Source of the DNA: Bugula neritina
Lineage: Eukaryota > Animalia > Bryozoa
Length of the DNA stretch: 64,000 bases
Assembly: GCA_964035545.1 (NCBI GenBank)
Contig: OZ037769.1
Span: 13,856,633-13,920,632 of the forward strand
Direction of reading: 5' to 3'
In this document: one piece after another, positions 35,408-48,800 of the stretch
Layout of the letters: every line of letters starts with the position of its first letter
How positions within the stretch are numbered: the first letter of the stretch is position 1
Made by a program: the position numbers and the translations under genes
Notes under the pieces: generated by a model
Told to the model about the DNA's origin: nothing
Databases searched by the model: none
The model's input: the letters and a program-made list of their open reading frames with translations, nothing else

Positions 35408-38400
35408 CTAGACTCTCATACCTGCTGCTTGTAACGCGGTCGCATACGAAGTTTTGGAGATAAGCTGGTGGTCGTCTAGTACGTTGCCCCCTTTCAAGGG
35501 GGGAGATGTACTAGTGGTAGACGCCGGAGAAGGTGGGGTAGCTGGTGAGGGAGGTGGTGTACTCACCAGTGGGTTGTTACACTCTACTGGTGGTGTTTCC
35601 TGCCTCCCGTCGGCTGTCATTCCCTCGTCCCCTCTGTTCCCTCCGGACGGAGCCCCTCCCGTGGGGGGGTTTTGCACTTCCGGAAGTATATTTAGTTCTG
35701 GAAGTGGTGGTGGTAGCCTTGGGGCCGGACGGCTTGGCGCTGGGGGCAGAGGGCGCGTCCCCGTTGGAGGGGGTGGCCTCTTTTGCCTTGCCAAGTCTTC
35801 TGTCCGTGGAATGACCCACTCATCATTGGGTTTATGCCGCCGCCGCCTGCGCATCGTTGTCTGCCTCCTGGGCTCTAACAATGGGGGGCACCCTCTGCCG
35901 CACCTGGGCTAGCCCAATAGGGTTTCAAGCGGGCTTCATTCTGGACAGATATCTGTCCAGACCGCTCCAGCTTGTAAGTATGATTGGGCATTGCCTCAAC
36001 TACTACGTAGGGTCCCACGAACTTAGGCTGTAGTTTAGCTGCCTGTCCTCGACGCCTACGGTAGTTGATCATCCAGACCCAGTCTCCGGTCTGGTAGAGG
36101 GGTGGCTCGTCAGCGTCTTCCTGTCGCACCTGCCACTACTTCTCCCGCAGTATTTCGTGTGCGACTCTCAGATGCTCTATCAATTCCCCAGCGTACTCGT
36201 GGACAGAGTATTCTGGCTCCGGAATATGATAGGCGAGGTGGTCGGGCACTCGTGTCTCACGACCGAGTGTCAAGAGGTTGGGGGCCTCGCCGGTGCTGGT
36301 ATGTGGCGTGCTGCGGTAGGCCCGCATGACCTGTGGTAAGACAAGATCCCATTCCTCCTGGCCTCGGCCGAGTAGTAGACTGCGGAGTGCATCGCCCAGC
36401 ATCCGGTTGTTGCGTTCGACCACCCCGTTACCCTGGGGGTGGTATGGAGTGGTCCTGCTTTGGTTTACTCCCCAGAGGCGACAGAGGTCGCTCATCAGTT
36501 GAGACTGGAAATGCGACCCCTGATCCGAGTGTAGTTGCTCGGGCAGCCCAAAGTAGCAGAACGCACGCTGGTCTAGTGTGCTGGCCACTGTCGGGGCAGA
36601 CGCATCCGGGATGGCCAGAGCGTCGGCCCACCTAGTGAAGTGGTCGGTCAGCACTAGGATTCAACTGTTTCCTCTGGGGGTGATGGGCATGGGTCCGACC
36701 AAGTCAACAGCTACCACCTGCCAGGGCCTGCCAGCATATAGCCTACGTCGTCCCGCTTCTCCAGGGGGACGGCCATGCTTGCTGGCCTGGCAGATTTCGC
36801 ATTGCTTGATCCTTAGTCGGACGTCACGCTCCATGTTGGGCCAATACCACCGGAGCCTTAGCTTGGTAAGCACCCTCCGGACTCCGGCGTGAGCCTGCCG
36901 GTGAGTGTCCCATACTAGCTCCCGGCGCATGGCGGCTGGGCAGATCACTCGTTTTCGACCAGGATGTCCCCGGCCGGCGGCCAAGGTGATGGTCAGCAGA
37001 CCATCTGGCCCGATCCGCAGGGAGTCCCAGCGTTGGCAGTACAGCCGTAATTCGGCGCACTCCTGCCGCAGCTGTTCTTCGCTGGGTCGTCGCCCCTCCC
37101 GTTTAGCTCGATATATGTCGGCTACCACCCCAGGGAGGTCCTCCTGGAGTTTCTGCAGCTCCCTGACATTACGAGCTAAGACAGGGTTGGCTCGGAGATT
37201 GTTGACAGCCTCCGGTGGGTTGGGAATCCTTGGTTTGAGTTGACCTTGGTCCCAGTCGTAGCTCACTCCAGGGTGGTCCAGTTTCGCCAACTCGGATCTT
37301 GGGGGACCCCCATCCCTTCTCTCGATGTTGTGACACTGTTTACACCCCTCGTCCGGCCGCCGACTCAGTCCGTCCGCGTTGCCGTGTTTTCTACCGGGTC
37401 GATGTTCGGTCCGGTCTGAAAACTCGGCCAGGACTTCGAGCCATCGGGCGACTTGGCTGGACGGTTCAGCTCTCTTACACAGCCAAATCAAGGAGGCGTG
37501 GTCCGTCCGCAAGCGGAACGGCCTACCGTAAAAATAAGGCCGGAAGTGTTTGACTGACTTGATTACTGCCAATAACTCCTTGCGGGTAGTGCAGTAATTG
37601 CGCTCAGGGGGTGAGAGCGATTTGCTATAGTAAGCTACGACTACTTCACGGCCCTCTTGCACTTGCGACAGCACAGCACCAACGTTCTGGTCACTGGCGT
37701 CCGTGTCAAGAACGTACTCCAGAGCGGGGTCTGGGTAGGCCAGAATTGGAGCCTCTAGAAAGCGGCTCTTGAGACTGTCGAATGCCCTTGATTGGACGGA
37801 TGTCTACTGCCAGGCCACTCCCTTTGCGGTGAGCCGATTTAACGGCTGTGCAACCCCCGCAAAGTCTGGTGTGTATTGTCTATAATACCCTACCAGCCCC
37901 AGGAAGGCCCGGAGTCCGGTTAAGTCCTGGGGGGTGACTCAGTCGGCCACAGCCCGCACCTTTTCCGGGTCCGTCGCCACGCCATTACGGCCGACTACGT
38001 GCCCCAGGTACTTGACCTCCGGCTGCAAAAGAGCGCATTTGGAAGGTTTGAGTTTGAGACCGGCACCTCGGAGTCGCTCGAAGACCTCCCGCAGACGACT
38101 GACATGGGTCGTAAAGTCTGGGGAGATTACGATGACATCATCGAGGTAGACGAGCAGCGTCTTCCAGTGGAGGCCGCTGAGAACCTGTTCCATGAGCCGC
38201 TGGAAGGTAGCAGGAGCGGAAGTTAACCCGAAGGGCAGTACCTTCCACTTCCACAGCCCATCTCTGGTGATGAACGCCGCTTTCTCCTGGGCGTCGGGAC
38301 TGAGGGGGACTTGCCAGTAGCCACTCAGCAAGTCTAAAGTACTGAAGTACTTGCTGCCGGCTAAGGCGTCCAGGGATTCGTCGATCCGAAGTAGAGGGTA

Positions 38401-40617
38401 GGCGTCCTGTATTGTTACGCTATTAAGTTTGCGGTAATCCACACAGAACCGCCAACTGCCGTCTTTCTTCCGGACCAAAACGACCGGCGAGCTCCACGCA
38501 CTATGTGCAGGCTCTATGAGGCCGCGGTCCAGAAGATCCCGGACTTGTCGGCTGACCTCCTTCTCCTTTTCTGGCCCCAGTCTCCTAGTGGGTTGGCGGA
38601 TAGGAAGAGTCCCGGCCGCTAGCGGTATCTCGTGACGAACGGCTCTAGTCAGGCCCACATCCTGGTCTCCGTTGCTGAACACGTCCCCATACTGGCACAG
38701 CAACTGAGCCATAGCTTAGCGCTCCTTGTTGCCCACGCAGCCTTCACAGGCTGACTGGTATAGTTCTCGGACGTGTTCCGGGACGGTCCCCCGCCGTACA
38801 GACGGGCGCTCTTGGGGACCCTCCGTCGCCTCGCCCAGCGACGGCCCTATGTCTCCCTTTTGGACCGTGTAAAAACGGCCCAGTAGGGATCCGGATGGTA
38901 GTGTCACCGACTCTGAAAAGGGGTTGATACACTGCACCAAGATCTCCCCTCAGTCAGTCAGCCGGTTCAAGCTACTGGCAAGTTGGATTCTCTTGTGCGT
39001 TCCTTCAACGACCCCTAATCCAGGGAGTTGGCGGTCATTCACCCTGCAGTAAATGGTCGCCCGGGAGCGGCCGGGTACTGTACAGTTGCGTATCACTTGC
39101 ACGCCCCCGACCAAGGGACGGCCGAACCTATTGACACAGGAAAATTCCCGGCCCGCCATTAGTATGGCGGACTTATGGAAATCCATATGGCATTGGTGTC
39201 GCTTCAGGAACGACGTCCCCAGGATGTGATCTTCTTCCAGCTGGCTGAGGATGAAGGTTTCCTGGATGGCCTGGTCGCGGATGCGACGAGGCAGCTCTAC
39301 AACATCGTAGAAGGGAATACGCGACCCGTCTGCGAGGGTGCCAGGTTCCCCGGTGTAGGGAGCTAGTTCCTTCCTCACCTGGAGAGGGAGAGCATCGAAG
39401 ACTCGTCTGCTGAGGAGATTCGTGTTGCAACCGGAGTCTAGCAAGAACGTGACAGCCTTGCCTGCCACCTTCCCGGGTAGGAAGTAGCTCTCTCCATGAG
39501 GTTGCAACCTTACTTCCCCAGCATGCATAGTCTCGGGCAAACGGCGTGGTTTCCGTTTGGTGATTGGCTGGTGCCGCTTTTTAGGCGGAGGGCTGTTTGA
39601 CTCCACTCCGATGTCCAGATGGACCTCGCCGGCCAGCTCCGTTTCCGGTAGCTGGCTGAAGCGGTTGGTGATTGGTAGCCTGAACGGTTCCCGCCGCCCG
39701 TTGGGACGGCTGGTCCGTCGTGGTGTCTGCCATTCACGGGGTGCTTCTCGTGGTTGCTCTCTCTTCGGCTCGTGAGGCCTTCTCCTGGATTGGGGGTCTC
39801 TTGGGCGGGGAGGCCCTGGTTTGCCGCTTTTCTCACCTCGAGTAGTTTTCTCTGAGGTCTCTCCTTTCGGTCCTCTGTTGGGGGGCCCGGCATCGGTGAG
39901 GGTCTTCGCCATCTGTTTCAATTTGATGCTCAGCCGGCCCATCTTGTCCCCTAGCGACTGAGCGACCTCCGCAGTGACTCGCGTGCCTCTTGCTTTCTTC
40001 GAATATAACCGCTCGGCCCGGAGATAGTCTTCTCCGACTTGCAGGGCACTTTCTAGGGTGGTCACTCCCTTCGCCTGTAATTGATGGTAGAGGCCCACAT
40101 CTTTAAGGGACTGCATGAAGTCAATGAGAGTAAAGTTCTGTCGGTGTGTTTCTGGCAGGTCGCTGTACGCGCTCCGTGCCAGTCTCTTCACTAAGGCAAC
40201 GTGGTCGCGGAGGGGTGTGTCTTCCGCCTGTCGTAGTACTTGCAGGCGGGCCCTGGCTTCCAGGGCGGAGGTGCCAAAACGGCTCCGTAGTGCAGTGAAT
40301 ATTTCCGCCACGCTCCGTCCTTGTCCGAACGGTCTAGCGCGCTCCGTCAATACTTCCCGCAGTTTGATGAGGGCTACTTGTGGCGGCCACTGAGCGACGT
40401 CTGTTACTTTATGGAATTCCTGGATGAATTGTTCTACATCTTCCGTACCCGTGAAGGTGGGAGCGGTCAGTCTATCTCTATATGCCTCCTCCATGTATAA
40501 GAAATTGACTGGCTTACCTCCTGGGTCTTCTGTTGTATGTTCTGTCATATTTCCCGTCTTTCCATTGTCTCGGCTAGAAAAATCCCACCGCCGCCACCAC
40601 TGTTGTGCGAGGCACAA
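35408..40617 (-). pseudogene. gag-pol of element E with stops/frameshifts
   Basis: gag-PR (FLLDSGC) 38950-40617, RT 37939-38712, RH 36661-37674, IN 35875-36654, broken by in-frame stops and frameshifts. Confidence 0.93.
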
Positions 40618-41693
40618 TAGTTATGTGGGCTTTCTAGCGAGTCTAATTAGCATTTAATCACCGATAACTCAAGGGTAGTTTCGATTAGAAGCTTTATTAA
40701 ATTATATAATACAATGCAAAAAATATCTCTATGTATCACGGAACTTGCTACTTTACATCACTGTAATTACGCTCCAACTAACTACTGACTGTCTGTATGG
40801 CTTAATACGATTGTTATCTATAACTCTCTGTGATTGGCAGGGGGTGTGCGTGACGTGTAAACCACGCCCCATTACAGTAGCACAGTTTAACGTCTGTTTA
40901 TAAGAATAAGCCAGGGCCCCGGTGGTAGTATTTTCAGGTAGTCTATAATGAATAAGTTATTGTTAAATGCTGCCAAATTCAACACACAACTACTGAGTGT
41001 TGATCAGCCACTGATTGGTGATGAGTAAATTTATCTTGGAGTGACTATACAGTCAGAGTTAAAGTGTACTTATTATACACAATCAGCAAAGTAAGCAATG
41101 ATAATAAAGGTTCTGAGTTGTATAAAATATGCTCCTGTTGATTTGCTCTTGACTACAAAGCTGATCAAATAGCCGAGGTTATTTCACTGAATACTTGAAT
41201 ATGATTGATGTCTTGCAGTTTGATACAGAAATGTTGTCTTACAGAAATAATTCTGATTATATGTAATCTTACAATGATATCGCGTTAAATTGTTAATTTC
41301 AAGTTTGTATTATTTTTGTAGTTTTATATCTTTTCACCCTACATTTTGTGACCTAAATTTTTACAGATATTATTCCACATAGAAATATTTTTGTTTTTCT
41401 CGGTTATTATGCAATAATTTTGATATAAACTTGTTCTAATTAGGTTTAATGAGAATATGTGTAGTTTTTAGTTAAAATGATCCTAACAAAATCAAGCTTT
41501 GAGCTGTGGTACAAAGGTATTTAGAATAATCAAAAAATCTTGATGTTTGAAGAGAATAATTTCAGTTCACACTACAGTTAAAATAAGCTTTCTTTTAGCT
41601 GTAGTGTGAGCAGCACATGATGCATGATTTACTGTAATGTTAGTAATTTTAGAATATTTTATTCTTAGCTGGATGATGTGGTAGGGTAGTGCA

Positions 41694-43787
41694 ATGGCTG
41701 AGGGTTACTCCACAGCAGATCTGGATATGAATGGTTTGTTTGATATAATATAACTAATTTTATATAATATTAATTAAACTTGTGCAAATATTTTAGCTGA
41801 AGTGTTAGCATAAAGCAGTTTCATGTCTATACTTTTGGGCTCCTGTATTTGTAACATTTGTATTTATTGTTTGATATTTATGGCGTACAAATTATCAAGT
41901 CTGTCAGAAATAATAAACAATCAATTTTCTTATGCTAAATTAAGTACATCAGGCATTCAAGATTACTAAAAAATTGTGACATGACACTAAAATAAGTCAT
42001 TATTGTGTTTCAGGAGAGACTCAAGATGCAGATTCTCCATTTAAAGGTAAATAACAACTATTCTCAGCTTCAAGTATAGTGACGATAATGATTCTGGATT
42101 TTAGATTCATTGCTACATTATGTGGCTGTTGCTCTTTAGTATAGTTTATATTGTTTTACAGCTTCTTTCACCAGCAAAGAACTTCTTGGTAAAGGTAGTT
42201 TTGGGTTTGTCTACAAACGGTATGATGAACTGAGTAAGCAATGCATGGCTTGTAAGGAGGTGGACTTGGGTTTGGTTACTAACGCAGGATATCAGAAGGT
42301 ATTTCTTTATTTATGAGAGTTCATTATCAAATTAGAAATTTAACCTAAAAATTTAGTTGATGTTGCCAGTAGTCAAAGTGTAGAGAAAATGGTGAGACTA
42401 AAAAACCGTTAAAACTTAATTACTAATTTTCGTGCCTCAATTCTGCTATGTAAGTTTTATCTGTGCACCCCTCATCTAGACAACTTGATGGATCTGTTAG
42501 ATACAAGGGTGGTTCAAAAAGTAACGCCTGTTGTGTAAGATCAGAGAATTTTTATTTTCTGAATACTTAAACTATATATCAAAATGATCAGCAACAACTT
42601 AGGAACACACTTTATTTCTCAATATAGTCTCCTCCATTGTCCACAGCTGCTGTCCATCGTTTTATGAAAGCATGTATTCCTGCCTCGTAAAAGGAGGATG
42701 ATTGTGAGCGCAGCCAAGACCGTACAGCCGTTTTAACTTCTTCGTCAGTAGAGAATCGCTGACCTCTAAGTCCTTCCTTCATCGGACCAAACAAATGAAA
42801 GTCTGATGGAGCCAAGTCAGGGCTGTATGGTGGATGAGGCAATGTGGTCCACCCATGACGGGTGATTTCCTCTCTTGTTCTCAAACTTGTGTGGGGACGG
42901 GCATTGTCGTGCTGAAGGAGCACGTTAGCCACGTTGACATTTGGTCTGCAACGCTCAAGTCTGGTTTTCAACTTCCTTAGATTCTCAATGTAGGCTTCAG
43001 AATTTATGGTAGTGCCTTTGGCCATAAAGTCAATCAGTATCACACCCTGATAATCCCAAAACACAGTAGCCATCACCTTGCCAGCGGATGGCTGAGATTT
43101 GAATTTCTTCTTTCTGGGTGAGTCTGCATGTCCCCATTCCATTGACCTTCTTTTGCTTTCTGGCTCATAATGATGAACCCAAGTTTTGTCACCAGTGATA
43201 ATTCTTTGCAAAAATGTCTCATCTTCTGCATGCATGCTGAGAAGCTCACAACCATCCTCCTTTTACGAGGCAGGAATACATGCTCTCATAAAACGATGGA
43301 CAGCAGCTGTGGACAATGGAGGAGAATATATTGAGAAATAAAGTGTGTTCCTAAGTTGTTACTGATCATTTTGATATATAGTTTAAGTATTCAGAAAATA
43401 AAAATTCTCTGATCTTACACAACAGGCGTTACTTTTTGAACCACCCTCGTACTTACAACTAAAGGCTCAGCTGATGCTCATCATGATTGAAAGCTCTTAC
43501 TATTGTACCTGCTAAATGCCTTGTTGTTTTGGCATTTTTTTTATCAAGCATGTTTGTTGTTAAAACATTGAATATAGTTTTTCTTTATTTAATTCATGAA
43601 GCTGTTAGTTTTAAAAACTGGCCTTAGTTAGTGGATTTTTATCAAGTAAAAGACCTGCTTGCGTTTCCTGACTTTTAAAAACTGTTTGGAACAAAATATA
43701 ATGCTTGGTTTTAACCCAAACTGACTGAAACAGTGGTTTGTGCATCTAAATATTCTATTTAAGCAAAAACCTCATATATATACACAC

Positions 43788-43852
<65 letters not shown>

Positions 43853-43912
43853 CGTATATATACGTATATATACGTGTATATATGTATATATGTATATATG
43901 TATATATATGTA

Positions 43913-44009
<97 letters not shown>

Positions 44010-45843
44010 TAGTAAAATGAGAGTTTATATAACGTTACAAGAATGCTCTATAGAAATAATTCTAGAGCATAAACATTAGAAGAAACGAGATGAGATTTGA
44101 TTAATATAATGACATTTATTACTATTAGTTTCGTATACAAAACGATGTGCACTCGTCAGATAAAATTGCCATTATCATTGCTCACAACTATAAAATATTT
44201 TTATATGTAAATATACACAGAATAAGCTAGAGGATTAAAATATAACAAAGAGGTAGCATAGAATGTAATTGGCTATGTCACAGCATTCTTGAGTAGGAAT
44301 TCACTGCTATGTCTGCATATGGATAAAAAGTCACTGCGCTTATTGAGAGAAGATAACTGTGGCTTGTAAAGGATAAAATATTTTTCCCATAAGCATAGCT
44401 GACAGCTTTTAGTAATGTTATTGTATGGCTGGGTTTTTTTGAGAATTCTCCAGGATATTGTGAAGTCTAGGCCTCTGTCTTTTAAGGACCAGATGTGTTT
44501 GCTTAGCTCAGTTTGTAAGCGTTTGGTAGGGTGCCTGAAGGAAGCAAGGTGGTTGTAGTATCTTGCCTTGAATGCAGTAGAAGAAATTCCTACATATGTT
44601 TCAACAGCACCGTTTGATGGGACAGATACATTGGCCTGGTACACAATGTTTGGGGTTGTGCATTCTCCTGGGAGCGGGCACAACTCTACGTTTCTACAGT
44701 TACAGCCTGCCTGTGGTGTAGGGGCAGTGTTACATTTAGTCACATTTTTGTTGTGAGCAGTGATAGTTCGCTCCAAATTTGGGCAGCAACTGTAGCTGAG
44801 TTTGAGTGTGTTCTTGTTAAATATTTTGTACAGTGGGTGTTTGCTGTGGAATGTATCTTTTATTAGCTTGAGAAAAATGGAGCCGATTTTTGTCTTTACA
44901 TTACGGCTATAAAGTGGGTTGTACCAGATGACTTGTCTTTGTAGTATAGGTTTAATGCTTGTATTGGTGTTGTTAGTGTAGTCTCTGTATTTGAGCTGAT
45001 AATTATATCCACTTTTAGCTAACGCATCTTGATATTGTGGGATGGCATTGTTGAAAATGGTCTCATTAGTAGATATATCGCAAAGTCTGCGGTTTATGGA
45101 TTCTGGTATGTTTTTCAGTATGCTAGGGGGATGGTTAGAGTCTTTGTGTACATACAGAGGAATGTTGTTGGGCTTAGAGTATGGTGTATGTTGTTTCTTT
45201 ACCAGATCTAGGGTGACATCTAAATAGTCCGTTGTTTTTATTTTAACATCTATGGTGATCTTTAAACCGTGTGATTGAAATAGTGTGCAAAGGTCTTTTT
45301 TCAATCTTTCAGCTAGTTGGGGTTTGAGATCTGTGACTCCTAGCCCATCATCTCTATATAGACCAATGTTAGCTTTAAACTTTTTTGAGATTGTACTTAA
45401 TAAAAATAGTCTGACTAATTCACATGTTTCAGCACCATCGTGTGAGCCCATGGTGACGTCAAACAAATTATTTGACGATCTTTCACCCCAAAATGAGTTG
45501 TCATGCACCAATATAGATTTTTTTGTGTGCAGTATGGGAAAAATATTTTATCCTTTACAAGCCACAGTTATTTTCTCTCAATAAGCGCAGTGACTTTTTA
45601 TCCATACGCAGACATAGCAGTGAATTCCTACTCAAGAATGCTGTGACATAGCCAATTATATTCAATGCTACCTCTTTGTTATATTTTAATCCTCTAGCTT
45701 ATTCTGTGTATATTTACATATAAAAATATTTTATAGTTGTGAGCAATCATAATGGCAATTTTATCTGACGAGTGCACATCGTTTTTGTGTACGAAACTAA
45801 TAGTAATAAATGTCATTATATTAATCAAATCTCATCTCGTTTC

Positions 45844-45894
<51 letters not shown>

Positions 45895-48800
45895 GAGTTA
45901 AAATGTCACAGTTAAATTTGGTAAAACATTTTATTACTAATAGTTTCATGCATATTAATATATACACTCTTCAGACAAAATGTTTAAATCTACTAAAGAA
46001 TATAATACGTGATACGATTTAAATAGTGAAAAGCTGAAAAGCTGACGGATTAATATTTAAAATAGGCTGGTAAGCATAATATGTGGATTATAAAATGCTC
46101 ATGTAATGCTTTCTAAAACAAATGCCAGTGCATACCTACATGTAGAAATAAAGTCACTTCTGGTGTTTAATGAAGCGTACGTTGGCTTATATACTATGAA
46201 GTATTTCTCCCATAGACATAGGTGGCAGAGGGGGGAGTTTTTATTGCACGGCCGAGCATGTTTTAAAATTCTCCATTGTATATTATAATCCATATTCTTG
46301 TCTTTTAAAGTCCAGACATATTTACTGAGCTCAGTGGAGTTGCGTTTACTATTATGTTTAAAACTGGCTATATGGTTATGATATCTAAATTTGAATTTGC
46401 TCCATTTTATGATATGCTCTGTTTTAAACATTGAGCTCTTTTTAGCAGCACACTATATCTCACAGTCATATATATATATGTGTGTGTGCGTGTACACGCG
46501 CACGCGCACACATACATGCTTTTTTTAGAAAATTGAAAGGGCCATGAAAGAAGTAAGTGCAATGAAAAAATTGGACCATGAACATATAGTAGAGTATTAT
46601 GGGTATGAAATAACAGCGGGTGAACACAGACCAGGTTTGTCTATAGGCATGATAATGAATTTTGTGTCCATGTGTGCAATTAGTGTTTATTATTGGCGAA
46701 CACTATAATAAATAAACTTCCAACTTGTATTATATATTGTATTGTTAACTTTTTTCTGTGCCAAATTATGCGCAATTCATCTTGTTTAAGTACACTATTC
46801 AATGCATTAGCAAATATATTAGTAGTAAATCAATCTTTATATCATCAATAGAGACCAGGGTACTATATATTTATATGGAGTATGCCTCGGGAGGGTCTGT
46901 AAAAGACCATTTGAAAGTAGAAGGAGCTTTCAATGAGATTCAGGCTAAAAGATACACACGACAGATGTTACTTGGTGTCTCTTACCTTCACACACAACAT
47001 ATCATACACAGAGACTTGAAGTGTGAGCCCTGTTAAGTTTACTCTTTGCAGAAAAATAGTGTTATATAAATAATTGTTGTTGTTTTTCCAAAATATTTCC
47101 TCCTTTTTCTAAGTGAACGAAGCAATTTGATTTTTTCAAGAAATTTGTAAATTTTGCTAATTTGTTGTGATAATTTTTTAATCCAGGTGCCAACATGTTG
47201 CTAGGTGGTAATGATAATATAAAACTAGCAGACTTTGGAATAGCTAAAGAATGTCATCATTCAACACATGAAAGTAGAAGAACACTACACACTGAGGCTT
47301 GTGGTACAGCTCATTATATGGCACCAGAAGTTATGGCTGGAGAGGAGTATGGCCGGAAATCAGATATTTGGTGAGTCCATTTTTTCTCGGTTTAATACAT
47401 TCTCTTGCGTTTTAAGCAGCTCAACTTTCTATCTAATCATTTTCGTTTTAAACAGGAGTGCTGGAGCTACTGTGGTGGAGATGTTGACCACACAACCACC
47501 ATGGTATAATCTGAAAGATTTCCAAGTTATGTTCAAGATAAATTCGAAAGTCAAACCTGAATATGTCCTTGACTCTATTCTAAGTCCCAGAGTTAGCAAG
47601 TTCCTAGACGTGATATTCAACTATGATAGCCAGAGTCGACTTTCAGCCCCAGAGCTTTTGGAACATGACTGGTTTACGGAAGATATAACAGGTTCGCAGG
47701 TTTTTCTTATCAGTAAAATTAGCTAAAATGATGATAAAAAATGAAAAATTCATTAAAACTGCACAAAGCTAATGGGTTGTGCAGTTTCTTGAGTTAGTAA
47801 CAGCGGGATGGTTGTCTAATCCTGACAAATAACATTTAAATTGTTGTATGAATCTTTGCACTCACACTCAGTCACACACAGACACACACACATGACACAC
47901 TCACACTCATTCACCAGATACTTGGGCACTGTTGTACTGCAAAATAGTGTGTTTTTGTGTTGAAAACACTTTCTTGCTTGAGTAAATCTCAAGACTCCGT
48001 AAATATTACACTTTAAAAACCGCTGCTTCATAGAAAAACATCGAATTATTGCATTATGTAATGATCCTTCTGTGGTCACTGAAAAGGTCACATTACAATA
48101 AATTGTGGTTTTATAGCTTTCTAAAAGATGATACCAAAAAACGATTTATAATTCAGTTTTATATAATATCTTAGCTTACCAAGATGCAATTTAATTGCAA
48201 TACCTAGAGGTGCTTAATGTTTTGTTGATATGAAGTTATAATTATTCAAGTTTTTGGATTTTTCAACTTTTTGAAGCAATTTTACTTCTAGACAAGTCTC
48301 CTGGTAAAGTTCTAGTAAAATATTCTAATTAGGAATATAACAACCTAACATTTTCAGTCTCGTGCTTATATGAACCGTTAATAATATGGCACTCAGTTGA
48401 TACATGTATGTATTTTAAAAGATAAATATGATGAATTGTTATCATTTCATATCAAACTCAGCCAATTTTTTTAACCTTCTTGTTTACAAAAGTATATATT
48501 TTGTTTGAAATGTGGAAGTAGCTATATTTAAATTTTACTACTGTTATACCTAGTTACAGCACGTCTATAATACATTATTTAGTTTTATTGGATTAATTTT
48601 TTATATAGTATTCACATAATTATATACTGTTTTAATTTTCAGACACACCTTCTATTAATCATCTAATTTTGTCTCAAATCTTAAAAGTCCCTGATATTAT
48701 TTTTACTTTGAAAACTTCATGTTATGATATTTTGGCTATGTTACAAAACCTCTTAATTTTGCGATTGTCTTCTAGGATCATTATTTTTAAATTCATGCAC

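Larger units (their letters stand above)
33375..40876 (-). mobile_element. Gypsy LTR retrotransposon E (relative of A) with additional ORF
   Basis: LTRs 33375-33651 and 40601-40876 (~5 differences), TSD GTAG, tRNA-Leu-type PBS 40582-40599, G-run PPT at 33652-33664. Confidence 0.94.
44074..45850 (-). mobile_element. 5'-truncated Penelope-like element with inverted pLTR
   Basis: ORF 44273-45511: RT ([16 protein letters not shown]) plus GIY-YIG (NIVYQA...YVGIS...FKARY.NH...TELSKHIW); 44074-44391 is repeated inverted at 45533-45850. Confidence 0.92.

Noticed and set aside
43740-44079. YIYI-repeat ORFs
   Set aside because: (TA)n microsatellite.
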